Below are positions 39,968 to 48,210 of a stretch of 48,210 bases of DNA, piece by piece. This stretch comes from Minisyncoccia bacterium (lineage in GTDB: Bacteria; Patescibacteriota; Minisyncoccia; Phycocordibacterales; UBA9973). Position 1 is the stretch's first letter. Every line of letters begins with the position of its first letter. The position numbers were made by a program, and so were the translations under genes. The notes below the pieces were generated by a model, which saw only the letters and a program-made list of their open reading frames with translations, did no database searches and had not been told where the DNA came from. Location of the stretch: the NCBI GenBank assembly GCA_049287045.1, contig JBAQFC010000002.1:1-48210 (forward strand), given 5' to 3'.

Positions 39968-40615
39968 CTAAATATAGCCAAACTCTCGAAATACGTTTTC
40001 GTAAAGGACTATTACTCTATTTGCCTCATGTTGAGAAAGATCAAATTTTGACCCTTCATGAGCTATTTTATTTCGGACAATATGAGCGACCCAGGCATCG
40101 TCTAATGATTTAAATTTTTCTCTGTCTGCCGCTTTTAAGCGTTCACCCAGATTCATTCCATTGAGTTCCAATTGATCAGTAAGATTTTCCAGCATTGCGT
40201 CTGCTTCCATGACAGCCAGTTTCCAATCACTTGGGTTCATTGAGGAAAGATAATTTAAAACATTTATCCAGCGTTCGTTTCTGGGTCTGCCATCTTCTCT
40301 CACTCCCGATGTTTCATTATTTTTTGCATGTTTGTGAGCATACTCTTCTAACTCATGTTCTAAGTGTTCTTCTTCTTTCTTTTTTATTTCAAAAATTCTG
40401 GAAATAGCATAACCGATAATAACTACGAAATAAACAACAAAAAGTCCAGCAAGAACTTTCAAAAAAATAACAAAAGTCTCAGAAATAAAACCTCCAAAAA
40501 ATCTGTGAAGAAAATTCAAAATCTGATTGAATAAATATTCAAGGTTAAGGAAAGTCGGATTAAAAATAGGATGTTCAGCAGTAGAATTTATATTTAAAGA
40601 TTTTACTATATCCAT
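39968..40615 (-). CDS. membrane-anchored hypothetical protein
   Basis: One TM (FVIFLKVLAGLFVVYFVVIIGYAI) followed by a helical soluble domain. No family assigned with confidence. Confidence 0.55.
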   Translation of the reverse strand: MDIVKSLNINSTAEHPIFNPTFLNLEYLFNQILNFLHRFFGGFISETFVIFLKVLAGLFVVYFVVIIGYAISRIFEIKKKEEEHLEHELEEYAHKHAKNNETSGVREDGRPRNERWINVLNYLSSMNPSDWKLAVMEADAMLENLTDQLELNGMNLGERLKAADREKFKSLDDAWVAHIVRNKIAHEGSKFDLSQHEANRVIVLYENVFREFGYI

Positions 40616-40625
40616 AATATTTATT

Positions 40626-42035
40626 TTATTCTAAATCTTTTCCAATATTGAATAATGATTCATCAGCAGACCAAGGTGACATAAATTGAATACCTAGAGG
40701 TAAACCCTCTTTAGAAAATCCACTGGGTATAGATATTCCAGGGACTCCAGCAATGTTTGCTGGTACAGTAAAAATATCTGACAGATACATCTGTAAAGGA
40801 TCTTTCTTTTCTCCAAATTTAAAAGCAGGAGTCGGTGTCGTTGGGGTCGCAATAAAATCAACCTTCTTGAAAATATCTTCAAACTCTTTTTCGATTGCGT
40901 GACGTACCTTCCATGCTTTGTTGTAATAAGCATCATAATATCCATGAGAAAGCACATAAGTGCCTAAAATTATTCTTCTACGAGTCTCAATGCCGAAACC
41001 AGCTGAGCGACTTTTTTTGTATGTGTCAGAAACATTTTCTCCTTCTATTCTCGTTCCATAACGTACACCATCAAGACGTGAAAGATTTGTAGAAACCTCA
41101 GCCGGCATCAGAATATAATAAACAGCCAAAGAATATTTTGAATAAGGCAAATCTATGTCTACTATTTCATATCCTTTATTTTTTAATTTCAAAAGTGATT
41201 CTTCAAAATTTTTAATAATTTCTTCATCCACTCCTTCTTTGAGCCAATCTCTTGGTACACCAATAACCTTGCCACTCTTAGTTTCCCCTATCCCGGGGAT
41301 AGGGGAAACTTTTAGATCAATAGAAGTACTATCCATTTTATCCTTCCCTACTATCGCATCAAAGATTATTTGAACATCTTCTGAGGTCTTAGCTATCGGT
41401 CCTATTTGATCCAAACTAGAAGACATTGCAATAAGCCCAGAACGTGAAACTGCACCATAAGTCGGCTTCATACCTACAAGTCCACAAAAGCTCGCTGGTT
41501 GGCGAATAGAGCCTCCTGTGTCACTTCCCAAGGCTGCTAAACAGAACCCAGCCGCGACTGCCGCAGCTGAACCACCAGAAGATCCTCCTGGAACTCTGGA
41601 TGTATCAATAGGGTTTCGAACCACTCCATAAGCTGAATTCTCAGTCGAAGAGCCCATCGCAAATTCATCCATATTTACTCGTCCAACAAAAACAGCTCCC
41701 TCTTCTTTTAATTTTTTAATTACAAAAGCATCATAACTCGCAGTATAATTCTGAAGCATTTTTGAGCCGGCACTCACTTTCTTGCCAGTGATTAAAATAT
41801 TATCTTTGATAGCTAAAGGTATACCTGTCAATTTTCCTCCCTTTCCATTTTTTATCATCTCATCCGCAATTTTTGCTTGCGCGAGTGCATCATCAAAAAT
41901 TTCTAGAAAAGCATTTATTTCCGTATTTTTTTCTGTGATATTTTGAAGACATGCAGAGACTAAATCAACTGAAGTTAATTCTCTGTTTTTCATCATCTCC
42001 CCTGCTTTTACGATTGTTAAATTTTTTATATCCAT
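40626..42035 (-). CDS. gatA: Glu/Asp-tRNA(Gln/Asn) amidotransferase subunit A
   Basis: Amidase signature GGSSGGSAAAVAAG...GSDTGGSIRQPASFCG. 469 aa, immediately downstream of gatC. Confidence 0.95.
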   Translation of the reverse strand: MDIKNLTIVKAGEMMKNRELTSVDLVSACLQNITEKNTEINAFLEIFDDALAQAKIADEMIKNGKGGKLTGIPLAIKDNILITGKKVSAGSKMLQNYTASYDAFVIKKLKEEGAVFVGRVNMDEFAMGSSTENSAYGVVRNPIDTSRVPGGSSGGSAAAVAAGFCLAALGSDTGGSIRQPASFCGLVGMKPTYGAVSRSGLIAMSSSLDQIGPIAKTSEDVQIIFDAIVGKDKMDSTSIDLKVSPIPGIGETKSGKVIGVPRDWLKEGVDEEIIKNFEESLLKLKNKGYEIVDIDLPYSKYSLAVYYILMPAEVSTNLSRLDGVRYGTRIEGENVSDTYKKSRSAGFGIETRRRIILGTYVLSHGYYDAYYNKAWKVRHAIEKEFEDIFKKVDFIATPTTPTPAFKFGEKKDPLQMYLSDIFTVPANIAGVPGISIPSGFSKEGLPLGIQFMSPWSADESLFNIGKDLE

Positions 42036-42060
42036 AAATTATTTATAGTGAGCTTTCGAA

Positions 42061-42333
42061 CTACAAAATCTTTTTAACTTTTACAAAACCATCCTGACTA
42101 TCTGGGAACTGCGAAATAATTTCTTCTCGAGAAAATTCTCGAGGTTCCAATACATCTTCACGCCAAATATTTCGATTTTCATATTCTGGTTTTATATCAC
42201 CCACTTCCACAGACTCAATCTGCTTCACATAACCCAAAACACCGTCTAGATCTTTCAAGACAGTTTCTTTTTCTGCATCTGTAAGCTCAATTTTCGCCAA
42301 TTCGGCTAGATTTTCTATGTCCTTAATTTCCAT
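42061..42333 (-). CDS. gatC: Glu/Asp-tRNA amidotransferase subunit C
   Basis: MEIKDIENLAELAKIELTDAEKE... About 90 aa from the ATG at 42333. The track ORF adds 9 upstream codons. Confidence 0.85.
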   Translation of the reverse strand: MEIKDIENLAELAKIELTDAEKETVLKDLDGVLGYVKQIESVEVGDIKPEYENRNIWREDVLEPREFSREEIISQFPDSQDGFVKVKKIL

Positions 42334-42370
42334 GCTAAAAGTATAGCAAAATAAAGACAAAATGGAAATT

Positions 42371-43258
42371 CTACTTTACGAGAAGAGCTTTTACTCTTGC
42401 TTCCATCGGAGGGTGTGTTGCAAAAAGATTAGAAACTTTTTTTCTTGCTCCACCGAAAGGATTCGCAATAAAAAGATGTGCCGTCGCTGGGTTGGCATAT
42501 TTCATCGGTTGGGAAAATTTATCAATTTTTATTAGTGCATTGGCTAAACCTTCTGGATAACGAGTCATCAGAGCACCAGAAGCATCTGCTAAGAATTCTC
42601 TCTTGCGAGAAATTGCAAGTTGAATTAATGTCGCGAAAATTGGTGCCAAAATAGATAATACAATTCCAAGAATCATAAATAATGTATTGTTGTTATTATC
42701 ATCCCGGTCACGCCCTCCACCAAACATCATTGAACGCAAAAACATGTTGGCAATAAGAGAAATGAAACCAACCAAAACGACAACCACGGTCGAAAGCAAA
42801 ATATCTCGATTGCCGATGTGCGAAAGTTCATGGGCAATAACTCCCTCAAGTTCAGATCTATCTAGAAGTTGTATCAAACCAGAAGTAACACAAATTACTG
42901 CATGGTCTTTATCTCTACCTGTCGCAAAAGCATTCGGAGATGGGTCTTCAATAATATAAAGTTTCGGCATTGGTAGACCTGCGGTAATAGAAAGATTCTC
43001 CAATATATTCCAAAGCTCTCGGTCTTCTTCTCTCTTCACCGGACGAGCACGACTGACAGCTAAAGTAATCTTGTCTGAATACCAATAACTCGCGATGTTC
43101 ATCCCAATACTAAAGATAATAAAAAAATAAAGAATATTTGAATTTCTGTAATATTGAGCAAAGACGAAACCAATAGCAATAACAATAACAAAAAACATAC
43201 TCATCAAGAGCCAAGTTTTACTTACATTTTTCGATTGCTCGGTATAAAGCGTGGCCAT
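42371..43258 (-). CDS. htpX: zinc metalloprotease HtpX (peptidase M48)
   Basis: HELSHIGNRD zinc motif, four TM segments, downstream glutamate (EFLAD). Confidence 0.9.
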   Translation of the reverse strand: MATLYTEQSKNVSKTWLLMSMFFVIVIAIGFVFAQYYRNSNILYFFIIFSIGMNIASYWYSDKITLAVSRARPVKREEDRELWNILENLSITAGLPMPKLYIIEDPSPNAFATGRDKDHAVICVTSGLIQLLDRSELEGVIAHELSHIGNRDILLSTVVVVLVGFISLIANMFLRSMMFGGGRDRDDNNNNTLFMILGIVLSILAPIFATLIQLAISRKREFLADASGALMTRYPEGLANALIKIDKFSQPMKYANPATAHLFIANPFGGARKKVSNLFATHPPMEARVKALLVK

Positions 43259-43807
43259 TTAGAATTTAACTTCCACAGGATTCTGAGCAGCATCGTTGTC
43301 ACCTAGATCAAAGAAATCCATTTTAGAAAAATTAAATAATCCAGCAATGATATTTGATGGAAAAACTTGAGTTTTTGTATTTAAGTCACGAACGTTTGCA
43401 TTGTAAAATCGGCGTGAAGCTTGGATTTTATTTTCTGTGTCAGAAAGTTCTCCTTGTAAAGCCATAAAGTTCTGGTTTGCTTTCAATTCTGGATACGCCT
43501 CAGCAATACCAAAAAGTCCGGTAATTGCTTGACCAAGTACTGCTTCTGTTTTTCCATGTTCTCCAGCAGTTTTCGCACCCATTGCAGCAGCACGAGCTTG
43601 AGTAACTTTTTCAAAAGCTGTTGATTCATGTGTCGCGTAACCCTTTACAGTATTAACCAAGTTTGGAATCAAATCATAACGACGCTTTAACTGAACATCA
43701 ATATCAGACCATGCCTCATGAGCACGATTACGCAAAGAAACCAATCCATTAAAAGAAACTATTGCAAACAAAACTAAAAGTCCTAAACCTATCCAAATGT
43801 ACATCAT
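43259..43807 (-). CDS. lemA: LemA-family protein
   Basis: N-terminal TM. RRYDLIPNLV and ENKIQASRRFYN signatures. The stop abuts the htpX start. Confidence 0.85.
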   Translation of the reverse strand: MMYIWIGLGLLVLFAIVSFNGLVSLRNRAHEAWSDIDVQLKRRYDLIPNLVNTVKGYATHESTAFEKVTQARAAAMGAKTAGEHGKTEAVLGQAITGLFGIAEAYPELKANQNFMALQGELSDTENKIQASRRFYNANVRDLNTKTQVFPSNIIAGLFNFSKMDFFDLGDNDAAQNPVEVKF

Positions 43808-43861
43808 AGTATTAATTTAAATTATTTATAATCAAGTAAATTATATCACAAAAATGACAAT

Positions 43862-45094
43862 TTATCCTGCACGCATTGAATCAAAAGCTTTTGACAAAAG
43901 CCTCATCATTTCATCTTCGTCCACATTTTTGCGTCCCTTTACATAGAAATACAAGAAACTCCCAACAATTTCAATGTTTAATTCAAAAGGTAGATTATAT
44001 ACTTCTTCCATAAAATCTGGAGCCAATAAGACAAAGGAATTGATCTGATCATTTTTGTGCGCATAAAGACAGAACTTTTTATTAAAGTCATTACTCTCTG
44101 TTTCAATACGTCTTAAGCCACCAGGCGCAAAATTCCAAAACCATCTTTTGCGACGAACCAATATATCATTGTAGTTCACCGGTAATACGGTCTGAGCGAC
44201 TAGATAATTTGAACTATATTTACCACCCGGGATAAAAGTATAAAACTCTACAATCTTACCTTTCAAGTAACCAATCACATGATTATTGATATCGGATGTT
44301 TTAAAATTATTTTGTCGAAAAACAACTCCTTTATTTGGCATCATAAGCCAGCCAAAATCAGGATCAAAATAAAAATTATTTCTTCGAGCAAATTCAACAA
44401 TTTTACTTTCTGTATTCAACACATCTTCTGTCGCCTGTTTTATTAAATTAAGTTTCCAATCAGTACCTTCACGTACAAAACTCCAATATTCCGTAAAACT
44501 ATTAATATCTGAATACAATGTTTGCCCCGAGTCTGTATCAATCAGACTATCATTTGCCCAAGCTTGCACTTCCATTGTAAAGCTATCCCCTTCACCTCCA
44601 ATTTTGTCTTCAATACCCCAAACACTCAAATTATTAATTTTGAAATCTTTCATCAAATTCTGTCTGTGTTCATTTTTTAAAACATTCAGTTCCAAGACCA
44701 TTCTTTTGTAGTAGTCTTCAGTCAAATAACTTTTCATTCTATCTATATTAAATTCACTCCAATCTTTTTGAAAACTATAAAATACTTCTGACACTCTCTT
44801 TTTTAGAATGTCTTCATCCCAACTCGAATCCTGTGATTCTGCTTTAGTGATCAATTGTTGTGCTAATTTTATTTTTTGATTTCTTTTGTACCACGCATAA
44901 ACAAGTGAAACAATTAAAAAACCTAATATGAAAATAAAGTTAATCCAGGAAATACCACCAGATGAACTATCATTACTACTGCCACTACTAAATCCACCTC
45001 CCCCTCCTCCAGAACCTCCTCCACCACCACGAGCAAAAACCTCATTCGTAAAAGAAAATAATAAAATTAAATATGAAAATATTATAAATATCAT
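43862..45094 (-). CDS. membrane protein with Gly-rich segment, Tim44-like domain and DUF3137-like C-terminal domain
   Basis: GGGGGSGGGGGG tract, TM, then SWDEDILKKRVSEVFYSFQKDWSEFNIDRMKSYLTEDYYKRM... (Tim44-like). This gene type is a common neighbour of lemA. Confidence 0.65.
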   Translation of the reverse strand: MIFIIFSYLILLFSFTNEVFARGGGGGSGGGGGGFSSGSSNDSSSGGISWINFIFILGFLIVSLVYAWYKRNQKIKLAQQLITKAESQDSSWDEDILKKRVSEVFYSFQKDWSEFNIDRMKSYLTEDYYKRMVLELNVLKNEHRQNLMKDFKINNLSVWGIEDKIGGEGDSFTMEVQAWANDSLIDTDSGQTLYSDINSFTEYWSFVREGTDWKLNLIKQATEDVLNTESKIVEFARRNNFYFDPDFGWLMMPNKGVVFRQNNFKTSDINNHVIGYLKGKIVEFYTFIPGGKYSSNYLVAQTVLPVNYNDILVRRKRWFWNFAPGGLRRIETESNDFNKKFCLYAHKNDQINSFVLLAPDFMEEVYNLPFELNIEIVGSFLYFYVKGRKNVDEDEMMRLLSKAFDSMRAG

Positions 45095-45134
45095 AGGTCT
45101 ATTGTACTCTTATTTATTATTTTCTAGAAGTCTA

Positions 45135-45250
45135 AAAAAATTAAGTAAAGTAGCTTTTAAAAAGCATTGCACAGGCCGACGGGCCGAGCATAGCAAATTT
45201 TCAGCAGAAAATTATGTGCGGTTTTTAAAAGCTACTTTACTTAATTTTTT
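45135..45250. repeat. perfect 29-bp inverted repeats flanking a 58-bp GC-richer core (MITE-like or rod-shaped RNA)
   Basis: AAAAAATTAAGTAAAGTAGCTTTTAAAAA (45135-45163) is the exact reverse complement of 45222-45250. The core contains GGCC-GACG-GGCC and AATTTTC-AGCA-GAAAATT hairpins. Confidence 0.7.
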
Positions 45251-45263
45251 ATCAAAGAGAAAC

Positions 45264-45296
45264 AAAAAAACCGGCCATAATGGCCGGCTCTTTTTT
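45264..45296 (-). terminator. terminator of secF
   Basis: Minus strand: AAAAAAGAGCCGGCCATTATGGCCGG followed by TTTTTTT. Confidence 0.8.
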
Positions 45297-45299
45297 ATT

Positions 45300-46205
45300 T
45301 TATTTCTTAGTTTTTTTTCTATCTTGCATTTCCTGAACCCAAACAAGCAAAGGAGATGCGAGGAAAATCGAGGAGTATGTTCCAAAGAACATTCCAGCGG
45401 TCATCATTAATGCGAAGTATTTTGTAGAAACTGGACCGAAGAAGAATAAAGAAAGAAGCACTAAAATGACAGTCAAAGAAGTGTTGATGGAACGGCGGTA
45501 AGATTGCTCAAGAGAGCGTCCGACAAGTTCACCAAAATTTACATCAGCTTTATTTTTTATATTTTCTCGAATACGGTCAAAGATAACAATCGTATCAGAA
45601 ACGGAAAGACCTAAGACGGTCAATACTGCCACCACAAACAAAGTATCAACCTCTGCTCCTTTGAAATGACTAAGCAGAGAGAAAAGACCGATTGGAATAA
45701 TGACATCATGCAAAAGAGAAACAATTGCAATAATACCAAATCTCCAAGAAGAAACAGGTTTTGAAACTTTTCGAAAAGCGTAAGCAATAAAAAGAATAAT
45801 TGCCAATGAAACTAAAATAATAGCTACAATCGCTTTTTTAGTAAGTTCCTGCCCAACAGAGGGGCCAATAGAATTAAAGCTCTTTTCTTCTAGTGGGAAT
45901 TTACCATTTTCGGAAAGAGAATTTAAAAGTGAAACATGTTCAGCTTCACTCAAATCACGAGACTTTATTAAATAACCCAAATCACCTGCTGGCTGAATAA
46001 GAACAGAGCCTAAATTAAGAGCTTCAAGAGAAGAATTTAAATCCGCTTGAGCTGGACGAGCATCCTTATAAGCAACTTCAACTAAAGCACCTCCTCTAAA
46101 ATCAATACCAACTTTCAATCCGAAAGTTAAAAAAGATACAATAGAAAGAAGAACTAAAGCTATTGAGATACTAATAAATATTTTTTTGTATTTTATGATA
46201 AACAT
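45300..46205 (-). CDS. secF: protein translocase subunit SecF
   Basis: GIDFRGG motif, six TM segments, 301 aa, downstream of secD. Confidence 0.9.
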   Translation of the reverse strand: MFIIKYKKIFISISIALVLLSIVSFLTFGLKVGIDFRGGALVEVAYKDARPAQADLNSSLEALNLGSVLIQPAGDLGYLIKSRDLSEAEHVSLLNSLSENGKFPLEEKSFNSIGPSVGQELTKKAIVAIILVSLAIILFIAYAFRKVSKPVSSWRFGIIAIVSLLHDVIIPIGLFSLLSHFKGAEVDTLFVVAVLTVLGLSVSDTIVIFDRIRENIKNKADVNFGELVGRSLEQSYRRSINTSLTVILVLLSLFFFGPVSTKYFALMMTAGMFFGTYSSIFLASPLLVWVQEMQDRKKTKK

Positions 46206-46251
46206 TGATTTTGCAAATCACGTCGCGTAAGTCCTTTCGGCGCGACGCTTA

Positions 46252-47613
46252 TTATTTTGATAATCCCGAATTAAATAAAAATCTAGCAAATTTACTTTCT
46301 CCTACGAAAGAAATCGCAGAAAGGAAAATTCTAGTAACAGTAATAGCTGAGAACATTGATATCAAAACTCCCATTCCAAGTGTCAAAGCAAATCCTTTAA
46401 TAAGAGAAGTACCGAACCAGAAAAGAATAACAGCGGTTATAAAACTAGAAGTGTTTGAATCACGAATAGAAAACCAAGCACGAGAGAAACCAGCAGAGAC
46501 AGAATCAGCGATTGTTCTACCAGAGCGAAGTTCTTCTTTTACACGTTCAAAAATAAGAACGTTGGCATCCACGGCTATACCCAGCGAGATAATGAATCCA
46601 GCGATACCAGCAGCAGTCAAAGTAACTGGTAAAAGTTTAAACAAAGCCAGTATTATAACAGTATAAATAGATAGTGAAAGCACAGCTATTAGACCAGGTA
46701 ATCTGTACCAAAGGATAAGGAACAAAGCGATAATTAAGAAACCAAAGATTGCAGCCTTAACTCCTGCATTTATTGCACTAGTACCAAGAGTACCACCGAT
46801 AGCTTGTCTTGAAAGTAAAGTTATTGGAACAGGAAGAGCACCGGAATTTAATCTTCCAACAAGTTGTTTTGCTTCGGTTGGAGTAAAGTTACCAGAAATT
46901 ACAGCCTGGCCATTTGGGATTTCTTCTCGAACAACAGGAGTTGATATTGGTGCACCATCTAAATAAATAGCAACCATCTTTCCAGTATTTTCTTTAGTAA
47001 TTTGCGCAAAAAGCTCTGTTCCCTTTTCATCAAATTGTAAACTAACTTTTGGTTCTCTAGTATTCTGATCAAACTCTAAAGTAGCTTGTTTTAAATATCT
47101 TCCTGAAAGTTCAGTTGCAACAAATTGAGGTGATAAATCAATACTTGCCTTTCCATCTTTGTCTACTGTTACTTTTTGTGGAGCGTCTTTAGGTGCTTCG
47201 GTTTTAAATTCCAAAAGTGGAGTCTGTCCGATCATTTCTTTTGCTTTTTCAACGTCAGTCACTCCAGGAAGATCAACAATCAACTTTTCTTCTCCTCCAG
47301 AAACAAAACCCCCTTCTTGTACTTGTACTACAGGCTCAGATACTCCAAACAGGTTCACACGGCGTTCAATAACATCACGTAGAGCGTTCATTGAATCACT
47401 TACTTGTCCAGGCTTGATTCCAGAGATATCTGCCTTATAAACCAAGTGTGTTCCACCAGAAAGGTCTAAACCAAGGCGAAACTGGTGTTTTTGAAAAAAG
47501 GAAGATTCTTGACCGAAATTTTTGTTTATTTTAAACTCAGATTTGTAAACGAAAAGAGCCACCCCAAGGCCTAAAATAAGTATTATTAAAGCTAAAACTC
47601 TTTTCTTCCACAT
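46252..47613 (-). CDS. secD: protein translocase subunit SecD
   Basis: LGLDLSGGTHLVY motif, periplasmic P1 domain, C-terminal TM bundle. Confidence 0.9.
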   Translation of the reverse strand: MWKKRVLALIILILGLGVALFVYKSEFKINKNFGQESSFFQKHQFRLGLDLSGGTHLVYKADISGIKPGQVSDSMNALRDVIERRVNLFGVSEPVVQVQEGGFVSGGEEKLIVDLPGVTDVEKAKEMIGQTPLLEFKTEAPKDAPQKVTVDKDGKASIDLSPQFVATELSGRYLKQATLEFDQNTREPKVSLQFDEKGTELFAQITKENTGKMVAIYLDGAPISTPVVREEIPNGQAVISGNFTPTEAKQLVGRLNSGALPVPITLLSRQAIGGTLGTSAINAGVKAAIFGFLIIALFLILWYRLPGLIAVLSLSIYTVIILALFKLLPVTLTAAGIAGFIISLGIAVDANVLIFERVKEELRSGRTIADSVSAGFSRAWFSIRDSNTSSFITAVILFWFGTSLIKGFALTLGMGVLISMFSAITVTRIFLSAISFVGESKFARFLFNSGLSK

Positions 47614-47628
47614 AAATATAGAGTCATT

Positions 47629-48177
47629 CTATACATTTTTTAAAAAATATGCAAATATATATTTTACCAAATAAGCTACTCCCCCTCCTAAAATAAATCC
47701 ACCTAAAATATCTACTGGAAAATGTACTCCAGCAATAATACGTGCAAGACCTATCAGTAGTGCAAAAAACATAAAAAAGTAACCAACTTTTTTATTTAAA
47801 AAGAAAATTGAAAATGCTAATGCAGAAAAAATAGTCGCATGGCCTGAAGGAAATGCAAAACCTGTTTCAATAAAAAGAGAGTGAACTTTTGGTAAAGATA
47901 AAAATGGTCGTGGTGTGTGAATTAAAACTTTTAATATTTGATCTGCAATTAAAGATAAAAACACAGAGAAAAATACTAGACCAAATATTTTCCATTTATT
48001 TATAAATTCTTTGAACGGATTTTTAGAAGGTAAAATTTTATAATTAATAACTAAAAATAATCCAGTCAACATTATAACAATATATGGAAAAACATCAGCA
48101 AAAAAAACAACTAACCAATCAAAATTTGGTGACTTATGTGCTAGATTAAAAAAAAATGAAAAGATTTGATTGTTCAT
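47629..48177 (-). CDS. PAP2-family phosphatase (undecaprenyl-diphosphatase/PgpB-like)
   Basis: KVLIHTPRPF, PSGHA, and ARIIAGVHFPVDILGG acid-phosphatase motifs. Confidence 0.8.
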   Translation of the reverse strand: MNNQIFSFFFNLAHKSPNFDWLVVFFADVFPYIVIMLTGLFLVINYKILPSKNPFKEFINKWKIFGLVFFSVFLSLIADQILKVLIHTPRPFLSLPKVHSLFIETGFAFPSGHATIFSALAFSIFFLNKKVGYFFMFFALLIGLARIIAGVHFPVDILGGFILGGGVAYLVKYIFAYFLKNV

Positions 48178-48210
48178 AATTATTTTTCTCCCCGACCCCG
48201 GGGATAGGGG

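Noticed and set aside
45164-45221. Core of the inverted-repeat element as SRP (4.5S) RNA domain IV
   Set aside because: The apical loop is GACG rather than a GNRA/GGAA tetraloop. The flanking internal-loop sequences do not match the conserved AGCA/CAGG arrangement as I recall it. The perfect 29-bp AT-rich arms are also atypical for SRP RNA.
44928-46666. Plus-strand ORFs 44928..45410 and 46205..46666
   Set aside because: Antisense to the Tim44-like gene/secF and to secD respectively. The first also crosses the secF terminator and the inverted-repeat element.

Overview
AT-rich bacterial window of about 48 kb, roughly one-third GC by eye. Genes are small, many are single-domain, and promoters are of the TTGACA-17-TATAAT type. 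The gene content suggests a Patescibacteria/CPR-like (Parcubacteria-type) genome, but that is inference only. Housekeeping genes I recognise: gatC-gatA, htpX, lemA, secD, secF, secG, RNase J, an OppA-like solute-binding protein, dgkA, a DsbB/BdbC plus thioredoxin pair, two GT2 glycosyltransferases, DedA, two PAP2-type proteins, a csoR-copA copper operon with a textbook CsoR operator, and a histidine kinase with two receiver-only regulators. RNA genes: RNase P RNA, tRNA-Ala, a tRNA-fMet/tRNA-Met/tRNA-Asp cluster, and a tRNA-Asn(GUU) split in its anticodon loop by a 321-nt group IC3 intron. Surface proteins dominate the middle of the window. They include a 760-aa Cys-repeat protein, a poly-Gly FN3-like repeat protein, and two paralogous adhesin-like proteins. 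Both adhesins end in a T9SS-type C-terminal sorting domain and sit behind a conserved structured 5' leader of about 200 nt. The most unusual signal is a family of structured non-coding elements placed just after the terminators of tRNA-Asn and tRNA-Asp, with a third copy not adjacent to any tRNA. In each, the 5' arm is the reverse complement of about 21 nt of the neighbouring tRNA 3' end, split by a hairpin exactly at the T-stem/acceptor junction. The 3' arm repeats that same tRNA 3' end. Internal hairpins covary between copies, and the arms are retargeted from Asn to Asp. These elements sit in or next to a small accessory islet (8.3-13.7 kb) made of recurring promoter/leader modules, orphan ORFs, terminators and a recurring 26-nt hairpin motif. 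No integrase, transposase, CRISPR array or recognisable defence gene is visible.
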